Assembly: GCA_028292405.1 (NCBI GenBank)
Contig: JAQGMJ010000083.1
Span: 4,464 to 68,463 of the forward strand
Direction of reading: 5' to 3'
DNA from: Betaproteobacteria bacterium
GTDB taxonomy: Bacteria > Pseudomonadota > Gammaproteobacteria > Burkholderiales > JAEUOS01
Length of the DNA stretch: 64,000 bases
The notes under the pieces are model-generated. The model was given only the letters and a program-made list of their open reading frames with translations. It ran no database searches and had not been told where the DNA came from. Made by a program: the position numbers and the translations under genes. This document shows positions 49,878 to 61,740 of the stretch, piece after piece (position 1 is the first letter of the stretch; each line of letters starts with the position of its first letter).

Positions 49878-51290
49878 ATGCCGTTTCTCCCTACCGAAAG
49901 ATCCCTGGGCATATTGCTGGGCTTGGTCGCCGTCGGCTTTTTCATGCAGACGCTGGACTCGACCATCGTCAACACCGCGCTGCCGGCGATGGCCGCCAGC
50001 CTGGGCGAAAGCCCGCTGCGCATGCAGTCGGTGGTGATCTCCTACTCGCTGACCATGGCGGTGCTGATCCCCGCCTCCGGCTGGCTGGCGGACCGTTACG
50101 GCACCAAGCGGATTTTCCTGGGCGCCATCGTGCTCTTTACTATCGGCTCGGTGCTGTGCGCGATCTCCACCCACCTCAACCAGCTGGTGGCCTCACGCAT
50201 CCTGCAGGGCGCGGGCGGGGCGATGCTGTTGCCGGTGGGGCGCCTCGCATTGCTGCGCACGTTCCCGCGCGAGCGATTGCTGCAGGCGATGAGCGTGGTA
50301 TCGATTCCCGGCCTGATCGGCCCGCTGATCGGCCCGACCTTGGGCGGCTGGCTGGTGCAGATCGCTTCCTGGGACTGGATCTTCCTGGTCAATGTGCCGG
50401 TGGGCATCATCGGCTGCATCGCCACCTACTACTACATGCCGGACGCGCGCAATCCGGAAGTCGGCCGCTTCGATTTCTTCGGTTACCTGCTGCTTGGCTT
50501 CGGCATGGCGATGGTGTCGCTGGCGCTGAACGGCCTCTCCGACCTCGGCCTGCCGCACGCCGCGGTGATGGTGCTGCTGATCTTCGGCCTCGCCTGCATC
50601 GTGGCCTACTGGCTGCGGGCGTCGAAGCAGGAGCACCCGCTGTTCTCGCCGGCGCTGTTCAAGGTCTCAAGCTTCGCCATCGGCTTGCTGGGCAACCTGT
50701 TCGCACGCATCGGCAGCGGCGCCATGCCCTTCCTGATCCCGCTGCTGCTGCAGTTGACGCTGGGCTACACGCCGTTCCAGGCCGGGCTGATGATGCTGCC
50801 GGTGGCCGCCGCCGGCATCGCCAGCAAGGGCGTGGTGCGCCAGCTGATCGCGCGTTTCGGCTATCGCACGGTGCTGGTGGCCAACACCGTGCTGGTGGGC
50901 CTGGGCATCGCCGAATTCGCGCTGGTGTCCTCCAGCCAGCCGGTGTGGGTGCACCTCGTGCAACTGGGCCTGTTCGGCGGCGTCAACTCGATCCAGTTCA
51001 CCGCGATGAACACCATCTGCCTGAAAGACCTGGACAGCGACGGCGCCTCCGCCGGCAATAGCCTGCTTTCAATGGTCCAGATGCTCTCGATCTCGGTGGG
51101 CGTGATGATCGCCAGCGCGCTCTTGCGCGCCTTCGCGGACCTGACGCACAGCGCCAGCACCCTGAGCGCCTTTCACGCCACCTTCATCTGCATGGGCTTG
51201 ATCACCTCGGCCTCGGGCTGGATTTTCTGGCAACTCTCGCCGGATGAAAAGCCCAGCGACAAGCCGCTGGACCCGACCGACGTCGAATAG
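49878..51290 (+). CDS. MFS transporter, DHA2 (EmrB/QacA-like, 14-TMS) family
   Basis: FMQTLDSTIVNTALPAM, LADRYGTKR and ILQGAGGAMLLP motifs. Length and hydrophobic pattern fit 14 TMS. Confidence 0.88.
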   Translation: MPFLPTERSLGILLGLVAVGFFMQTLDSTIVNTALPAMAASLGESPLRMQSVVISYSLTMAVLIPASGWLADRYGTKRIFLGAIVLFTIGSVLCAISTHLNQLVASRILQGAGGAMLLPVGRLALLRTFPRERLLQAMSVVSIPGLIGPLIGPTLGGWLVQIASWDWIFLVNVPVGIIGCIATYYYMPDARNPEVGRFDFFGYLLLGFGMAMVSLALNGLSDLGLPHAAVMVLLIFGLACIVAYWLRASKQEHPLFSPALFKVSSFAIGLLGNLFARIGSGAMPFLIPLLLQLTLGYTPFQAGLMMLPVAAAGIASKGVVRQLIARFGYRTVLVANTVLVGLGIAEFALVSSSQPVWVHLVQLGLFGGVNSIQFTAMNTICLKDLDSDGASAGNSLLSMVQMLSISVGVMIASALLRAFADLTHSASTLSAFHATFICMGLITSASGWIFWQLSPDEKPSDKPLDPTDVE

Positions 51291-51351
51291 CCCGGAAAGA
51301 CAAAGCCCCGCGATGGCGGGGCTTTGATGTGTAGCGGCGTGGTTCAGCGAG

Positions 51352-51828
51352 TCAATCGTCCGCCGGGTAGAAGGACTTGAGGCTCAGCGCCTCGCGATAG
51401 GCCAGGTCTTCCAGCTCGATGTAGGAGCGCTTGGTTTCCTTGTCGACGGTGAACTGGATCTTGCGCGTCGTATCGGTGGTGGCGCGGATGTCCAGCAGTT
51501 CCAGGTATTCATGCACTTCCCACTCATGCGCGCCGGCAATGCCGGGGGGCGCGTAGATCATCGATCCGGCGCTGACTTCGAACTCCTGGCCTTCGAAATT
51601 GCGTACCGTGGCGGTGCCGGAAATGACGTAGTAGCAGGCCTCGATCGGATGCCAGTGGAGCTGCTCATAGGCGCCAGGCTTGTAGGTGGCGCGGCCGATG
51701 CGCACGCGCTCGGTGTCGACCACGCCGGGCCAGCCGACCAGGCGCTGGTAGCTCTGCTGGTCAATCACCCCGCGCTTGCCGGGGTAATCGGACTGATGGA
51801 TGACGCGTAGGGTGGATTTGACTTCCAT
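51352..51828 (-). CDS. cupin domain-containing protein
   Basis: Cupin motifs LHWHPIEACYYVISG and SMIYAPPGIAGAHEW. Confidence 0.75.
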   Translation of the reverse strand: MEVKSTLRVIHQSDYPGKRGVIDQQSYQRLVGWPGVVDTERVRIGRATYKPGAYEQLHWHPIEACYYVISGTATVRNFEGQEFEVSAGSMIYAPPGIAGAHEWEVHEYLELLDIRATTDTTRKIQFTVDKETKRSYIELEDLAYREALSLKSFYPADD

Positions 51829-51886
51829 GATGAGGCTTCCCGTTTAGGTAATTGCGAAACTCGAACGAAACTGCTGAATCGAAACT

Positions 51887-52873
51887 TCAGTCAATCTTGA
51901 TGTTGGCTTTGGTGATCATCTCGCGGTACATCGGCACCTCTTGCGCGATGCGTGCCTTCAATTGCTCCGGGCCGCCGCCGATGATGCCGAAGCCGGTGTT
52001 CTTCAGCGTCTCCTGCACGTCGGGGCGCTTGAGGATCGCCAGCGTGGCCTTGGCAAGAATGTCCACCACTTCCTTGGGCATGCCGGCCGGGCCCACCAGC
52101 ACCTGGAAGGTGGCCAGCTCCGAATTCGGAAATCCCGCTTCGGTCATGTTGGGCACGTTGGGAAAATCAGGCAGGCGGCCGCGGCCGGTATGCACCAGGC
52201 CGACCAGGCGGCCGGACGACATGTATTGCGCCACGCTACCCAGCGAAAAGGAGCCGAGCTGCGTGTCGCCGGAGAGCGCGGCCTGCATCGAGGGGCCAGC
52301 GCCCGAATAGGGCACGTTCGTAATGTTGATGCCTGCCCGGTATTTAAAATACTCCACCGCGATGTGCGGCGCGGTGCCGGCGCCCGGGTTGGAATAGTTG
52401 AGCAGGTTGGGATCGGCCTTGGCGCGGGCGATCAGGTCGGCCACGTTCTTGATGCCGGACTGCGGCCGGGTGACGATGACGTTGGGCGAATCGCCGATCT
52501 CGACAATCGGCGTGAAGTCCTTGATCGCGTCGAAGGGGTGCTGCTTGGCGTACAGCGTCGGGTTGGCGGTCAGCACCGAGGAGATCACCATGATGGTGTA
52601 GCCGTCAGGCCGGGCGGCGGCGGTGTACTTGGCGCCGATGTTGGCACCCGCGCCGGGCTTGTTGTCGACGATGAAGGTCTGCTTCAGGTCCTGCGTCAGG
52701 AGGTTGGAAAGAGTGCGCGCGACAATGTCGCTGCCCCCGCCAGGCGCGAAGGGCACGACGATGGTCACCTGGTGGTCAGGGAAGGCGGCGTGCGCGCTGC
52801 CGAAGAGCAGCGGGGCGGCGGCCAGCAGGGTGGCGGCGCTGCGCAACAGGGTCGGGCGAAACGATGGGAACAA
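51887..52873 (-). CDS. Bug/TctC family substrate-binding protein
   Basis: Signal peptide followed by FPDHQVTIVVPFAPGGGSD. Confidence 0.88.
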   Translation of the reverse strand: MFPSFRPTLLRSAATLLAAAPLLFGSAHAAFPDHQVTIVVPFAPGGGSDIVARTLSNLLTQDLKQTFIVDNKPGAGANIGAKYTAAARPDGYTIMVISSVLTANPTLYAKQHPFDAIKDFTPIVEIGDSPNVIVTRPQSGIKNVADLIARAKADPNLLNYSNPGAGTAPHIAVEYFKYRAGINITNVPYSGAGPSMQAALSGDTQLGSFSLGSVAQYMSSGRLVGLVHTGRGRLPDFPNVPNMTEAGFPNSELATFQVLVGPAGMPKEVVDILAKATLAILKRPDVQETLKNTGFGIIGGGPEQLKARIAQEVPMYREMITKANIKID

Positions 52874-53181
52874 AGCTTGTCTCCTCTATATCTTTGGGTG
52901 GTGCGAAGCGCGGTGCGCAAGCGGGAAAACCGGCGCGGCGGAACATGGATGTCCCGACGCTCTCATTCACGCGGCAGGTCACGCGGCGAAGGGGTGAAAT
53001 GATACCGCCCCACCGCGTGCGGGGCCATTGCGGCGGCATGTTTTGGCTCTTATCAGCGCTATTAAGGGTGGCCTGTCCGTACACCAACGCCGGCGCCCGC
53101 GCAGTCCAACGTCATGCGGTAAACCCGGGCCGGCAAACGGAGTAGCATACTTCCCAAGCCACTTTTCGCAGAGGAAACACC

Positions 53182-54360
<1,179 letters not shown>

Positions 54361-54363
54361 GGT

Positions 54364-54804
54364 CTAGCTTGCGGCGGGCCGGGCGCTTTGCCCGGCGCGC
54401 TGCTTCAAGCCCTGCGCTTCCATCGCCATGTAGCGGCCGATCAGGCCGCGCATCAGCCAGCCCACCAGGCCGCCGAATAGGCCGTTGAAGTGGATGGTCA
54501 GCGTCACCGTGCAGCCGCTGCCGGTAGCCTCGATCACATGGCCGGCGACAGCCGAGGAGCCGGGGTTCTGGCTGACCCAGGTGAAGTTGCGGTTCTCCTG
54601 CCACTCGGTGATGGTGAAGTTCGCCGGCAGCAGCTTGGGCTGCTCCACCCGCAGGTGCGAGCCTTGCGCCAGCGGGCCACTGTCCAGACGCGTGACGCGT
54701 TGCATCGAGGCGGTCCATTCCGGCCAGTGTTCTACATCGGCGAGCACGGCCCACACGGCCTCGGGCGAGGCAGCGATGTCGGCACGCACCAGGAAATCGC
54801 GCAT
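54364..54804 (-). CDS. SRPBCC (polyketide cyclase/dehydrase-like) family protein
   Basis: SPEAVWAVLADVEHWPEWT start is typical of SRPBCC proteins. Confidence 0.75.
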   Translation of the reverse strand: MRDFLVRADIAASPEAVWAVLADVEHWPEWTASMQRVTRLDSGPLAQGSHLRVEQPKLLPANFTITEWQENRNFTWVSQNPGSSAVAGHVIEATGSGCTVTLTIHFNGLFGGLVGWLMRGLIGRYMAMEAQGLKQRAGQSARPAAS

Positions 54805-54807
54805 GGC

Positions 54808-55596
54808 TCAGTTCAGGGGCAAGGGCGCCGGCACGGTGAGGGGAATGGTGACGATAGACCCGGTGGGGACCGGCGCATCTCCGGTCACCGCTCCGCCGCG
54901 CGGGCTGCTGTCACTGCGCCGGCGGTTCTTCCACGAGATGTGCAGATTCACCGCCCAGTCGAGCAGGCAATAGAAGGCGCCGGCCGCCAGCGGCGGGTTG
55001 AGGGTGGAAAGCGGTGTGCCGGGCACATGTGCGCGCCAGGCCCAGTTGCCGGTGGCCGTGCCGTAGACCTCCATCGCCAGCGCCAGCATGAACATGGTGG
55101 CGTAGAGGCGCTTTTCCGGCGCGAACAGCACGAAGGCGGTGAACAGCAGGAACAGCGGCAGGCTGAACAGGTCCTGCCCGGTCAGGGCCAGCGTGATCAC
55201 CACCGGCGCGGCCAGCGCCGGCACCAGGTAGGGGCCGTATTTCGCCATGCCGGCCGGCAGGCGCTCGGCGATCAGCAGGCCGCCCAGGTAGAGCAGGGCA
55301 TGGCCCGGCGGCACGAACAGCGGCACGTTGCCAAACTGGTAGTCGTACAGGCCCCAGACGAGGGAGGCGATGATTTCACCGCAGCCGGAAATCCAGGTGC
55401 AGGCCACCAGGCGCTCGCCGATGCCGCGCGGCAGGTTTGCGCACAGCAAGGCCAGCTCCAGCCACACCAGCAGGCTCACCGCCACCTGTCCGGCCCAGCC
55501 ATAGGCGCGGTCAGCCCACAGGCCGGCGGTGATGGTAAAGGCGATCAGGGCGACCAGCGCCCAGGGACGGCGCAAGCCTAGGGTCAAGCGATTCAT
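54808..55596 (-). CDS. hypothetical integral membrane protein
   Basis: About seven hydrophobic segments and good GC3 bias. 4-nt gap to the downstream SRPBCC gene. No family recognised. ATG at 55596. Confidence 0.55.
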   Translation of the reverse strand: MNRLTLGLRRPWALVALIAFTITAGLWADRAYGWAGQVAVSLLVWLELALLCANLPRGIGERLVACTWISGCGEIIASLVWGLYDYQFGNVPLFVPPGHALLYLGGLLIAERLPAGMAKYGPYLVPALAAPVVITLALTGQDLFSLPLFLLFTAFVLFAPEKRLYATMFMLALAMEVYGTATGNWAWRAHVPGTPLSTLNPPLAAGAFYCLLDWAVNLHISWKNRRRSDSSPRGGAVTGDAPVPTGSIVTIPLTVPAPLPLN

Positions 55597-55863
55597 GCGG
55601 GGAGGAGGTGGGTCTGGACCAGGGTAAAGGAGGGCGCGGCGCATTTTCTCATACGCCGCCCGTGGTCGCCCGCTTGGCTGACGCAGCGATTAAAGAACTG
55701 GACTGAGCAACCCGTAAGGTTGTATATGTTGCATGGCAGCATGGAATGCGCGTGCGCTTCGCCGCCGCTATTGCTTTAATGGAAACCGTCTTTATGGCTC
55801 GCGCCGCGCTTTGCAATTGCCGCGCGGCCGCTTCGTTTTCGCGCCGGTTAGCAGAGGACAGCA

Positions 55864-56358
55864 ATGAGATTTACCCGCAGCCTCGCCGCCGGCCTGGCCG
55901 CCGTCGCCGCGCTCGGCGTTGGATGGGCGACGCTGGTATTTGCCCAGGTGCTGGTGCCCTACGGCGCGCCGATCTCGCTGGACCAGGCGAAAAAGGCGGT
56001 GGCCGCCGCCACCGCCGAGGCGCGCAAGAACAACTTGGGCATGGCGGTGGCCGTGGTCGACACCGGCGGGGCGCTGGTCTCGTTCGAGCGCATGGACAAC
56101 ACGCAGACCGGCAGCATCAAGGTGGCGATCCAGAAGGCGCAATCGGCGGCGGCGTTTCGCCGCGCCACCAAGGTATTCGAAGATACCCTCGCCTCCGGCG
56201 GCGGCCTGCGCATCCTGGCGCTGCCGGGCGCGGTGCCGATCGAAGGCGGGGTGCCGATCGTCGTTGAAGGCCGGATCGTCGGCGCCATCGGCGCCTCCGG
56301 CGGTACCGCCCAGCAGGATGGGTTGATCGCGACAGCCGGCTTGGCGGCGGTCAGGTAG
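55864..56358 (+). CDS. GlcG/HbpS-like heme-binding protein (DUF336), exported
   Basis: Signal peptide followed by AVAVVDTGGALVSFERMD...GAIGASGGTAQQD, typical of GlcG/DUF336. Confidence 0.85.
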   Translation: MRFTRSLAAGLAAVAALGVGWATLVFAQVLVPYGAPISLDQAKKAVAAATAEARKNNLGMAVAVVDTGGALVSFERMDNTQTGSIKVAIQKAQSAAAFRRATKVFEDTLASGGGLRILALPGAVPIEGGVPIVVEGRIVGAIGASGGTAQQDGLIATAGLAAVR

Positions 56359-56439
56359 CCTGTAGGCTTGGCAGCGGTCAAGTGGCCTGCCGATCCGGCG
56401 AGCGATCAAACAGCCCGGCCGGGCTGGCTGCGGTAAGGC

Positions 56440-58725
56440 CTAACCGGCGCCGCCGGCGCCGCTTTTTTCGATGAAGCCGAGCAGGTCGTCGTAGGGCATC
56501 GGCCGCGCGTAGAGGTAGCCCTGGCCCTTGTTGCAGCCGTAGGCGGTGAGCGTGACGGCCTGTACTTGGGTCTCGATGCCTTCGGCCGTCACCGGCATTT
56601 CCAGGCGCGCCGCCAGGTCGAGCACCGCGCGCACCACCGCCTTGCCGCGTTTGGTGTCCACGCTTTGGGTGAAGGTCTGGTCGATCTTCAGCTCGTGCAC
56701 CGGCAGGCGCGACAACTGCGCTAGCGAAGAGTAGCCGGTGCCGAAGTCGTCGATGGCGAACTCCACGCCGTAGTCGGCCAGAAGGCCGACGATGCGCTCA
56801 GCGTTGCTCACGTCTTCCATCAGCATGCTCTCGGTGACTTCCAGGCGCAGGCGCTGCGGCGCCACCCCGACCTCGCGCAGCATGCCGCCCAGGTCCTTGA
56901 ACAGCTTGAGGTCGCGGAAGTCCAGCGCCGACAGGTTGACGTTGAGGCGGAACTCCGGCGCCAAGTTGGAACGCGCCAGGTCGCGGGTGACGCAGGTGAG
57001 CACGTGGCGGCTGATCTCGCGGGTCAGGCCGGCTTCCTCGGCCACCGAGAGAAAGCTGCCGGGGGTGAGCATGCCGCGCTCCGGGTGCGCCCAGCGCAGC
57101 AGCGCCTCGGCGCCGACCACGGCGCGGTCGCCCAGCTGCACGATCGGCTGGTAGTGCACATGCAGTTCGCCCTGCAGCAGCGCGCGCCGCAGCTCGTGCT
57201 CGGTCTGGATCTGGTTCAGCGAGTGGTGGTGGGTGACTTCCGCCTGCGGCCCCAGGCCGGCGCGCGAGTTGCGCTTGTTGCGGTGGCGCCGCGCGTTCGC
57301 CTCGCGCATCAGCACTTCGGGCTCGGCGCCGTCCTCGGGAAAGCGCGCCGCGCCCATCGAGGCGGTGAGGGAAAATTCGTAGCCGTTGATGTTGAGGATT
57401 TCCTCGACCGAATGGCTGATCGCTGCCGCCACCGCGTCGAGCTCGGTGTCACCGCCCTGCATCAGCGCGGCGAACTCGTCGCCGGAGAGGCGCGCCAGGC
57501 GCGCGCCCGCGGGCATGTTGCGCACCACCCGCTGGGCGATGGTTTTCAGCACCAGGTCGCCGGCCTCGTGGCCCAGGCCGTCGTTGATCAGCTTGAAGCG
57601 GTTCAGGTCGAAAATGCACAGCACGAAGCCGGGCTGCGTCGGGCCGCCGGCCAGGCGCCACAGGCGCTCGATCAGCGCGTAGCGGGTGAACAGGCCGGTC
57701 AGCGAGTCGCGCTCGGCAACATCGCGCAAACGGCTGATCCAGGACTCCCTGCGCACCCGCTGCGCCATCAGCGCGCCGATCAGGCCGCTCACGGCGGGCA
57801 GTTCGTCGTCGTAGCGGCGCAGGTTGCGCGACAGGAATTGCAGCACCCCCACGCCCTGGCCGCCCTCGACCACGGTGGGAAAGGTGTAGGCCGAGCGGAT
57901 GCCGGCGCGCGCCACCAGTTCGGGCGCGCCGAAGCGCGTCTCGGCGGCGGCGTCGTCCACCCACGCCGCCTGGCGCGATTGCAGCACCGCGCCCACCAGG
58001 CCTTCGCCGATGCCCAGCACCCGGCCGCGCTGGTGCGCGGCAAGAGCACCCAGCGCTTCGTCGGGCAGGTGCCACACTGCCAGGCAGCGCAACTGCTTGC
58101 CGTCCGGCGTCACCAGCCAGCAGGAGCCGGTATCCCAGCCCAGGGCGGTGCAGACGTTGCGCAGCACCGACTCGTAAGCCGCCTGCGAGTCCACATCCTG
58201 CAGCAGCGCGTGGCTGACATGCAGCGCCAGGTCGCGGCGTGCCTGCTCGCGGCGCGCCTCGGTGGTGTCGATGATCAGGCCATACAGGTCATCGTCGGCG
58301 CCCTGGGTGCGGCGGATCACCACGCGCAGCCAGCGGCTGCCGGTGCCGGGAATGTCGAAGGACATTTCTAGGTCCACCTGCAGGCCGGTTTCGTTCAGGC
58401 GCGTCAGCACCCCTTCGAGGCGCTGGCGCTGCCCCGGCTTGGCGTAAAGAAAGACGGTCTGCAGATTGCGCGCGGGGGTGTTTTCCAGGCCGAGCAGCTG
58501 CGAAGCGGAACGCGACAGGGAAAAGCGCTGCGCCGGATCAATCTTGAAATGGCCGAAGGAGGCGAGCTGCTCGGATGAATTGAGCTGCTCTTCGAGGGAA
58601 CGCAGGCGGCTGTTGGTCTGCGCCAGCTCGATCTGCAGCGATTGGGAGCGCGCCAGCAGCTCTCTGGTGTCGGGATGCTCCCCGTCGCCGCCGGGCGGGG
58701 TAGGCAGAATCTTGGCGGAATTCAT
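56440..58725 (-). CDS. sensor-domain (coiled-coil, PAS/GAF-like) GGDEF-EAL protein
   Basis: GGDEF domain with the variant motif SGDEF. EAL domain with EALLRW, DDFGTGYSS and QGYLYARP motifs intact. Confidence 0.9.
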   Translation of the reverse strand: MNSAKILPTPPGGDGEHPDTRELLARSQSLQIELAQTNSRLRSLEEQLNSSEQLASFGHFKIDPAQRFSLSRSASQLLGLENTPARNLQTVFLYAKPGQRQRLEGVLTRLNETGLQVDLEMSFDIPGTGSRWLRVVIRRTQGADDDLYGLIIDTTEARREQARRDLALHVSHALLQDVDSQAAYESVLRNVCTALGWDTGSCWLVTPDGKQLRCLAVWHLPDEALGALAAHQRGRVLGIGEGLVGAVLQSRQAAWVDDAAAETRFGAPELVARAGIRSAYTFPTVVEGGQGVGVLQFLSRNLRRYDDELPAVSGLIGALMAQRVRRESWISRLRDVAERDSLTGLFTRYALIERLWRLAGGPTQPGFVLCIFDLNRFKLINDGLGHEAGDLVLKTIAQRVVRNMPAGARLARLSGDEFAALMQGGDTELDAVAAAISHSVEEILNINGYEFSLTASMGAARFPEDGAEPEVLMREANARRHRNKRNSRAGLGPQAEVTHHHSLNQIQTEHELRRALLQGELHVHYQPIVQLGDRAVVGAEALLRWAHPERGMLTPGSFLSVAEEAGLTREISRHVLTCVTRDLARSNLAPEFRLNVNLSALDFRDLKLFKDLGGMLREVGVAPQRLRLEVTESMLMEDVSNAERIVGLLADYGVEFAIDDFGTGYSSLAQLSRLPVHELKIDQTFTQSVDTKRGKAVVRAVLDLAARLEMPVTAEGIETQVQAVTLTAYGCNKGQGYLYARPMPYDDLLGFIEKSGAGGAG

Positions 58726-58922
58726 CGGTTATGCGGCAATCTGAGGCGCCAGTGAGCAGCGATCTCGAACAGGCATCGTCGCCATCTAGCTTACCTCTTT
58801 CGCGCGCGCCCCGGGAGGGATATGCGAGCGGAATTATTCAGGGGAAACCCGCATGGGAAAAACAGCGGGAGAACCTGCAAATATGCAGGTTTCGCGCCAA
58901 TCGCCGAAAAGCCGTGAAAGGC

Positions 58923-59864
58923 TCAGTCGGCGGCGGCTGACTGCAGCGGCTTGGGCGCTGGTTTGACCGCGTGCGCCTTGAGCGATTGCGGCTTGGCAGG
59001 GGGCTTGGCGTATTTCACCAGCGCCACGTTGCTCTCGGACGGCGGATGCCCCAGGGTGGCCAGGCGGGTGCGGCCGGCGGGCTCGCCTTCGCGCGCCGCT
59101 TCGCGGTATAGCTGGCCGGCCTTGTTCAAATTGCGCGGTACGCCGCGGCCGGTTTCATAGAGGTCGCCGAGTGACACTTTTGCGTAGGAATTGCCGTTTT
59201 TCGCCGAAGCCTCGAACAAATGCCGCGCTTCGGTGTAATCGATCTCGCCGGTGCGGCCGTCGCGCATCAGCTTGCCGAGGCGGTGCTGCGCATCCCAGTT
59301 GCCCTGGGCGGCGGCCACCGAATACCAGTCCAGCGCCGCTTGCGGATTTTCCGCCACGCCGGTGCCGCTTTCGAACAGCGCGCCTAGGCGGGTTTGCGCC
59401 GGCGAAAAGCCCGCCAGCGCGGCACGCTCGTAAAGCTCGGCGGCGCGCCTGGAGTTTTTCGGCACGCCGTTGCCCTGCTCGTAGAGCTCGCCCAGCTGGG
59501 TGGCGGCTAGCGCATGCGCCTGGCTCAGCGCGCGCTCGAACCAGTGAACTGCCTGCTTGATGTCGGTCTTGACGCCGTCGCCGCGCAAATACATCAGGCC
59601 CAGGAGGTATTCGGCCTGGGCGTGGCCGGTGGCGGCGGCAGCGGAAAATTCCTGCACCGCGCGGGCGCCGTCTTTTTTCGCCTTGGCGGCCATGCCGCGC
59701 AAAAAGGCCTGGTCGTCCGGAACAGGCAACACGGTGGCGCCGGAGTCGGATTCCACCGCCATGCCCTTGGTATCGTTAACGCTTTGCGCCATGGCCGGCC
59801 CGGCCAGCCACAGGGACAACAGGGACGCCAGCAGGCGCCGCGGGGCGCGCATGTCGGAATGCAT
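58923..59864 (-). CDS. exported Sel1-repeat (TPR-like) protein
   Basis: Signal peptide and about six Sel1 repeats (AEYLLGLMYLRGDGVKTDIKQAVHWFERA, and others). Start is 59864 or 59852. Confidence 0.85.
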   Translation of the reverse strand: MHSDMRAPRRLLASLLSLWLAGPAMAQSVNDTKGMAVESDSGATVLPVPDDQAFLRGMAAKAKKDGARAVQEFSAAAATGHAQAEYLLGLMYLRGDGVKTDIKQAVHWFERALSQAHALAATQLGELYEQGNGVPKNSRRAAELYERAALAGFSPAQTRLGALFESGTGVAENPQAALDWYSVAAAQGNWDAQHRLGKLMRDGRTGEIDYTEARHLFEASAKNGNSYAKVSLGDLYETGRGVPRNLNKAGQLYREAAREGEPAGRTRLATLGHPPSESNVALVKYAKPPAKPQSLKAHAVKPAPKPLQSAAAD

Positions 59865-59973
59865 GAAGGAATGTCTCCGGCGCGCCAAACGCTGCGTGGC
59901 GCGATCTATGTGCTGTGCTGGACTCTTGGGCACCGCCGCGCTCTGCCCGGAGGCGGCGCGCCGGCAACTTGGA

Positions 59974-61500
59974 TTAGGCTACCTTGATGGGAATCTTGAA
60001 GTCGACAATCTTCTTCGACCACTCGGCGGGACCGGTAGTATGGGCGGAAACACCGGTCGAATCAACCGCCACCGTCACCGGCATGTCCTTGACATTGAAC
60101 TCGTAGATCGCCTCCATGCCAAGATCATGGAAGCCGACTACCCTGGACTCCTTGATCGCCTTGGCGACCAGGTAGGCGGCGCCGCCGACAGCCATCAGGT
60201 AAGCGGACTTGTGCTTCTTGATCGCCTCGATCGCCACCGGGCCGCGCTCGGCCTTGCCGATCATCGCGATCAGGCCGGTCTGCGCCAGCATCATTTCCGT
60301 AAAGCCGTCCATCCGCGTCGAGGTGGTGGGGCCGGCGGGTCCTACAACTTCGTCGCGCACCGGGTCAACCGGGCCCACATAATAAATAACCCGGTTCGAG
60401 AAATCGACTGGGAGCTGCTCGCCCTTGGCCAACATGTCCTGGATGCGCTTGTGCGCGGCATCGCGGCCGGTGAGCATCTTGCCGTTAAGCAGCAGGGTCT
60501 GGCCCGGCTTCCAGGAGGCGACTTCTTCCTTGGTCAGCTTGTCGAGATCGACGCGCTTCGATTGTGCGGAAGGGCTCCAGGTGACTTTCGGCCAGTCTTC
60601 CAGCGAGGGCGGCTCCAGCTTCGCAGGGCCGGAGCCGTCGAGCGTGAAATGCACGTGGCGGGTGGCGGCGCAGTTAGGAATCATCGCCACCGGCTTGGAG
60701 GCGGCGTGGGTCGGATAGTGCGCGATCTTGATGTCCAGCACGGTGGTTAGGCCGCCGAGACCCTGCGCGCCGATGCCTAAAGCGTTGACCTTTTCGAACA
60801 ACTCGATGCGCAACTCTTCAAATTTGTTTTGCGGGCCGCGCTCGAGCAACTCGTGCATGTCGATCGGCTCCATCAGCACTTCCTTGGCCATCAGCATGGC
60901 CTTCTCGGCGGTGCCGCCGATGCCGATGCCCAGCATGCCCGGCGGGCACCAGCCGGCGCCCATGGTCGGCACGGTCTTCAGCACCCAGTCCACCAGGCTA
61001 TCGGACGGATTCATCATCACGAACTTGGACTTGTTTTCCGAACCACCGCCCTTGGCCGCGACGTTCACGTCGATGGTATTGCCCTGCACCAGCTCGACGT
61101 TGAGCACGGCGGGGGAGTTGTCGTTGGTGTTCTTGCGCGCGAAGTGCGGGTCGGCCAGCACCGAGCCGCGCAGCACGTTGTCCGGATGGGTGTAGCCGCG
61201 GTGCACGCCCTCGTTGACCATCTCGCCGACGCTCATCTTGCTGTCGAAGCGCACGTCCATGCCGATTTTCAGGAACACGTTGACGATACCCGTGTCCTGG
61301 CAGATCGGCCGGTGGCCTTCGGCCGACATGCGGCTGTTGGTGAGGATCTGGGCGATTGCGTCCTTCGCCGCGACGCTCTGCTCGCGGTCGTAGGCCCGCG
61401 CCAGGTGGGCGATGAAATCCTTCGGGTGGTAGTAGGAGATGAACTGCAGGGCGTCTGCAATCGACTGGATGAAATCTTCCTGGCTGATGATGGTGGTCAT
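59974..61500 (-). CDS. fumA: class I (Fe-S dependent) fumarate hydratase
   Basis: ICQDTGIVNVF... N-terminal catalytic domain and a C-terminal beta domain fused in about 508 aa. ATG at 61500. Confidence 0.93.
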   Translation of the reverse strand: MTTIISQEDFIQSIADALQFISYYHPKDFIAHLARAYDREQSVAAKDAIAQILTNSRMSAEGHRPICQDTGIVNVFLKIGMDVRFDSKMSVGEMVNEGVHRGYTHPDNVLRGSVLADPHFARKNTNDNSPAVLNVELVQGNTIDVNVAAKGGGSENKSKFVMMNPSDSLVDWVLKTVPTMGAGWCPPGMLGIGIGGTAEKAMLMAKEVLMEPIDMHELLERGPQNKFEELRIELFEKVNALGIGAQGLGGLTTVLDIKIAHYPTHAASKPVAMIPNCAATRHVHFTLDGSGPAKLEPPSLEDWPKVTWSPSAQSKRVDLDKLTKEEVASWKPGQTLLLNGKMLTGRDAAHKRIQDMLAKGEQLPVDFSNRVIYYVGPVDPVRDEVVGPAGPTTSTRMDGFTEMMLAQTGLIAMIGKAERGPVAIEAIKKHKSAYLMAVGGAAYLVAKAIKESRVVGFHDLGMEAIYEFNVKDMPVTVAVDSTGVSAHTTGPAEWSKKIVDFKIPIKVA

Positions 61501-61740
61501 GATGGCTGGGGGAGGGCGCGCGATGAGAAGAGGACAGAAGCGGAACAAAGGCGAAGACCCTCGATTTTACGCGACAACGCCCCGTCCGGAGCGCCATGCC
61601 GGGAGCATGGCGCAGAATTTGCTGCATGCAGAATCTGCTGTCGGAGTCACTGAAATTATCCCCGGTCAAGGGCAAAATCCATGGGCATGCCTAAGCTCCA
61701 AGTCGTACAAAAGCCGCAAGACGGCGTAACGAGGGTCGCC

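Noticed and set aside
49737-51300. tRNA-Leu(CAA) as an integration site for a genomic island (followed by MFS, cupin and Bug genes).
   Set aside because: I saw no direct repeat of the tRNA 3' end downstream, no integrase, and no compositional break. The tRNA is followed by its own hairpin.
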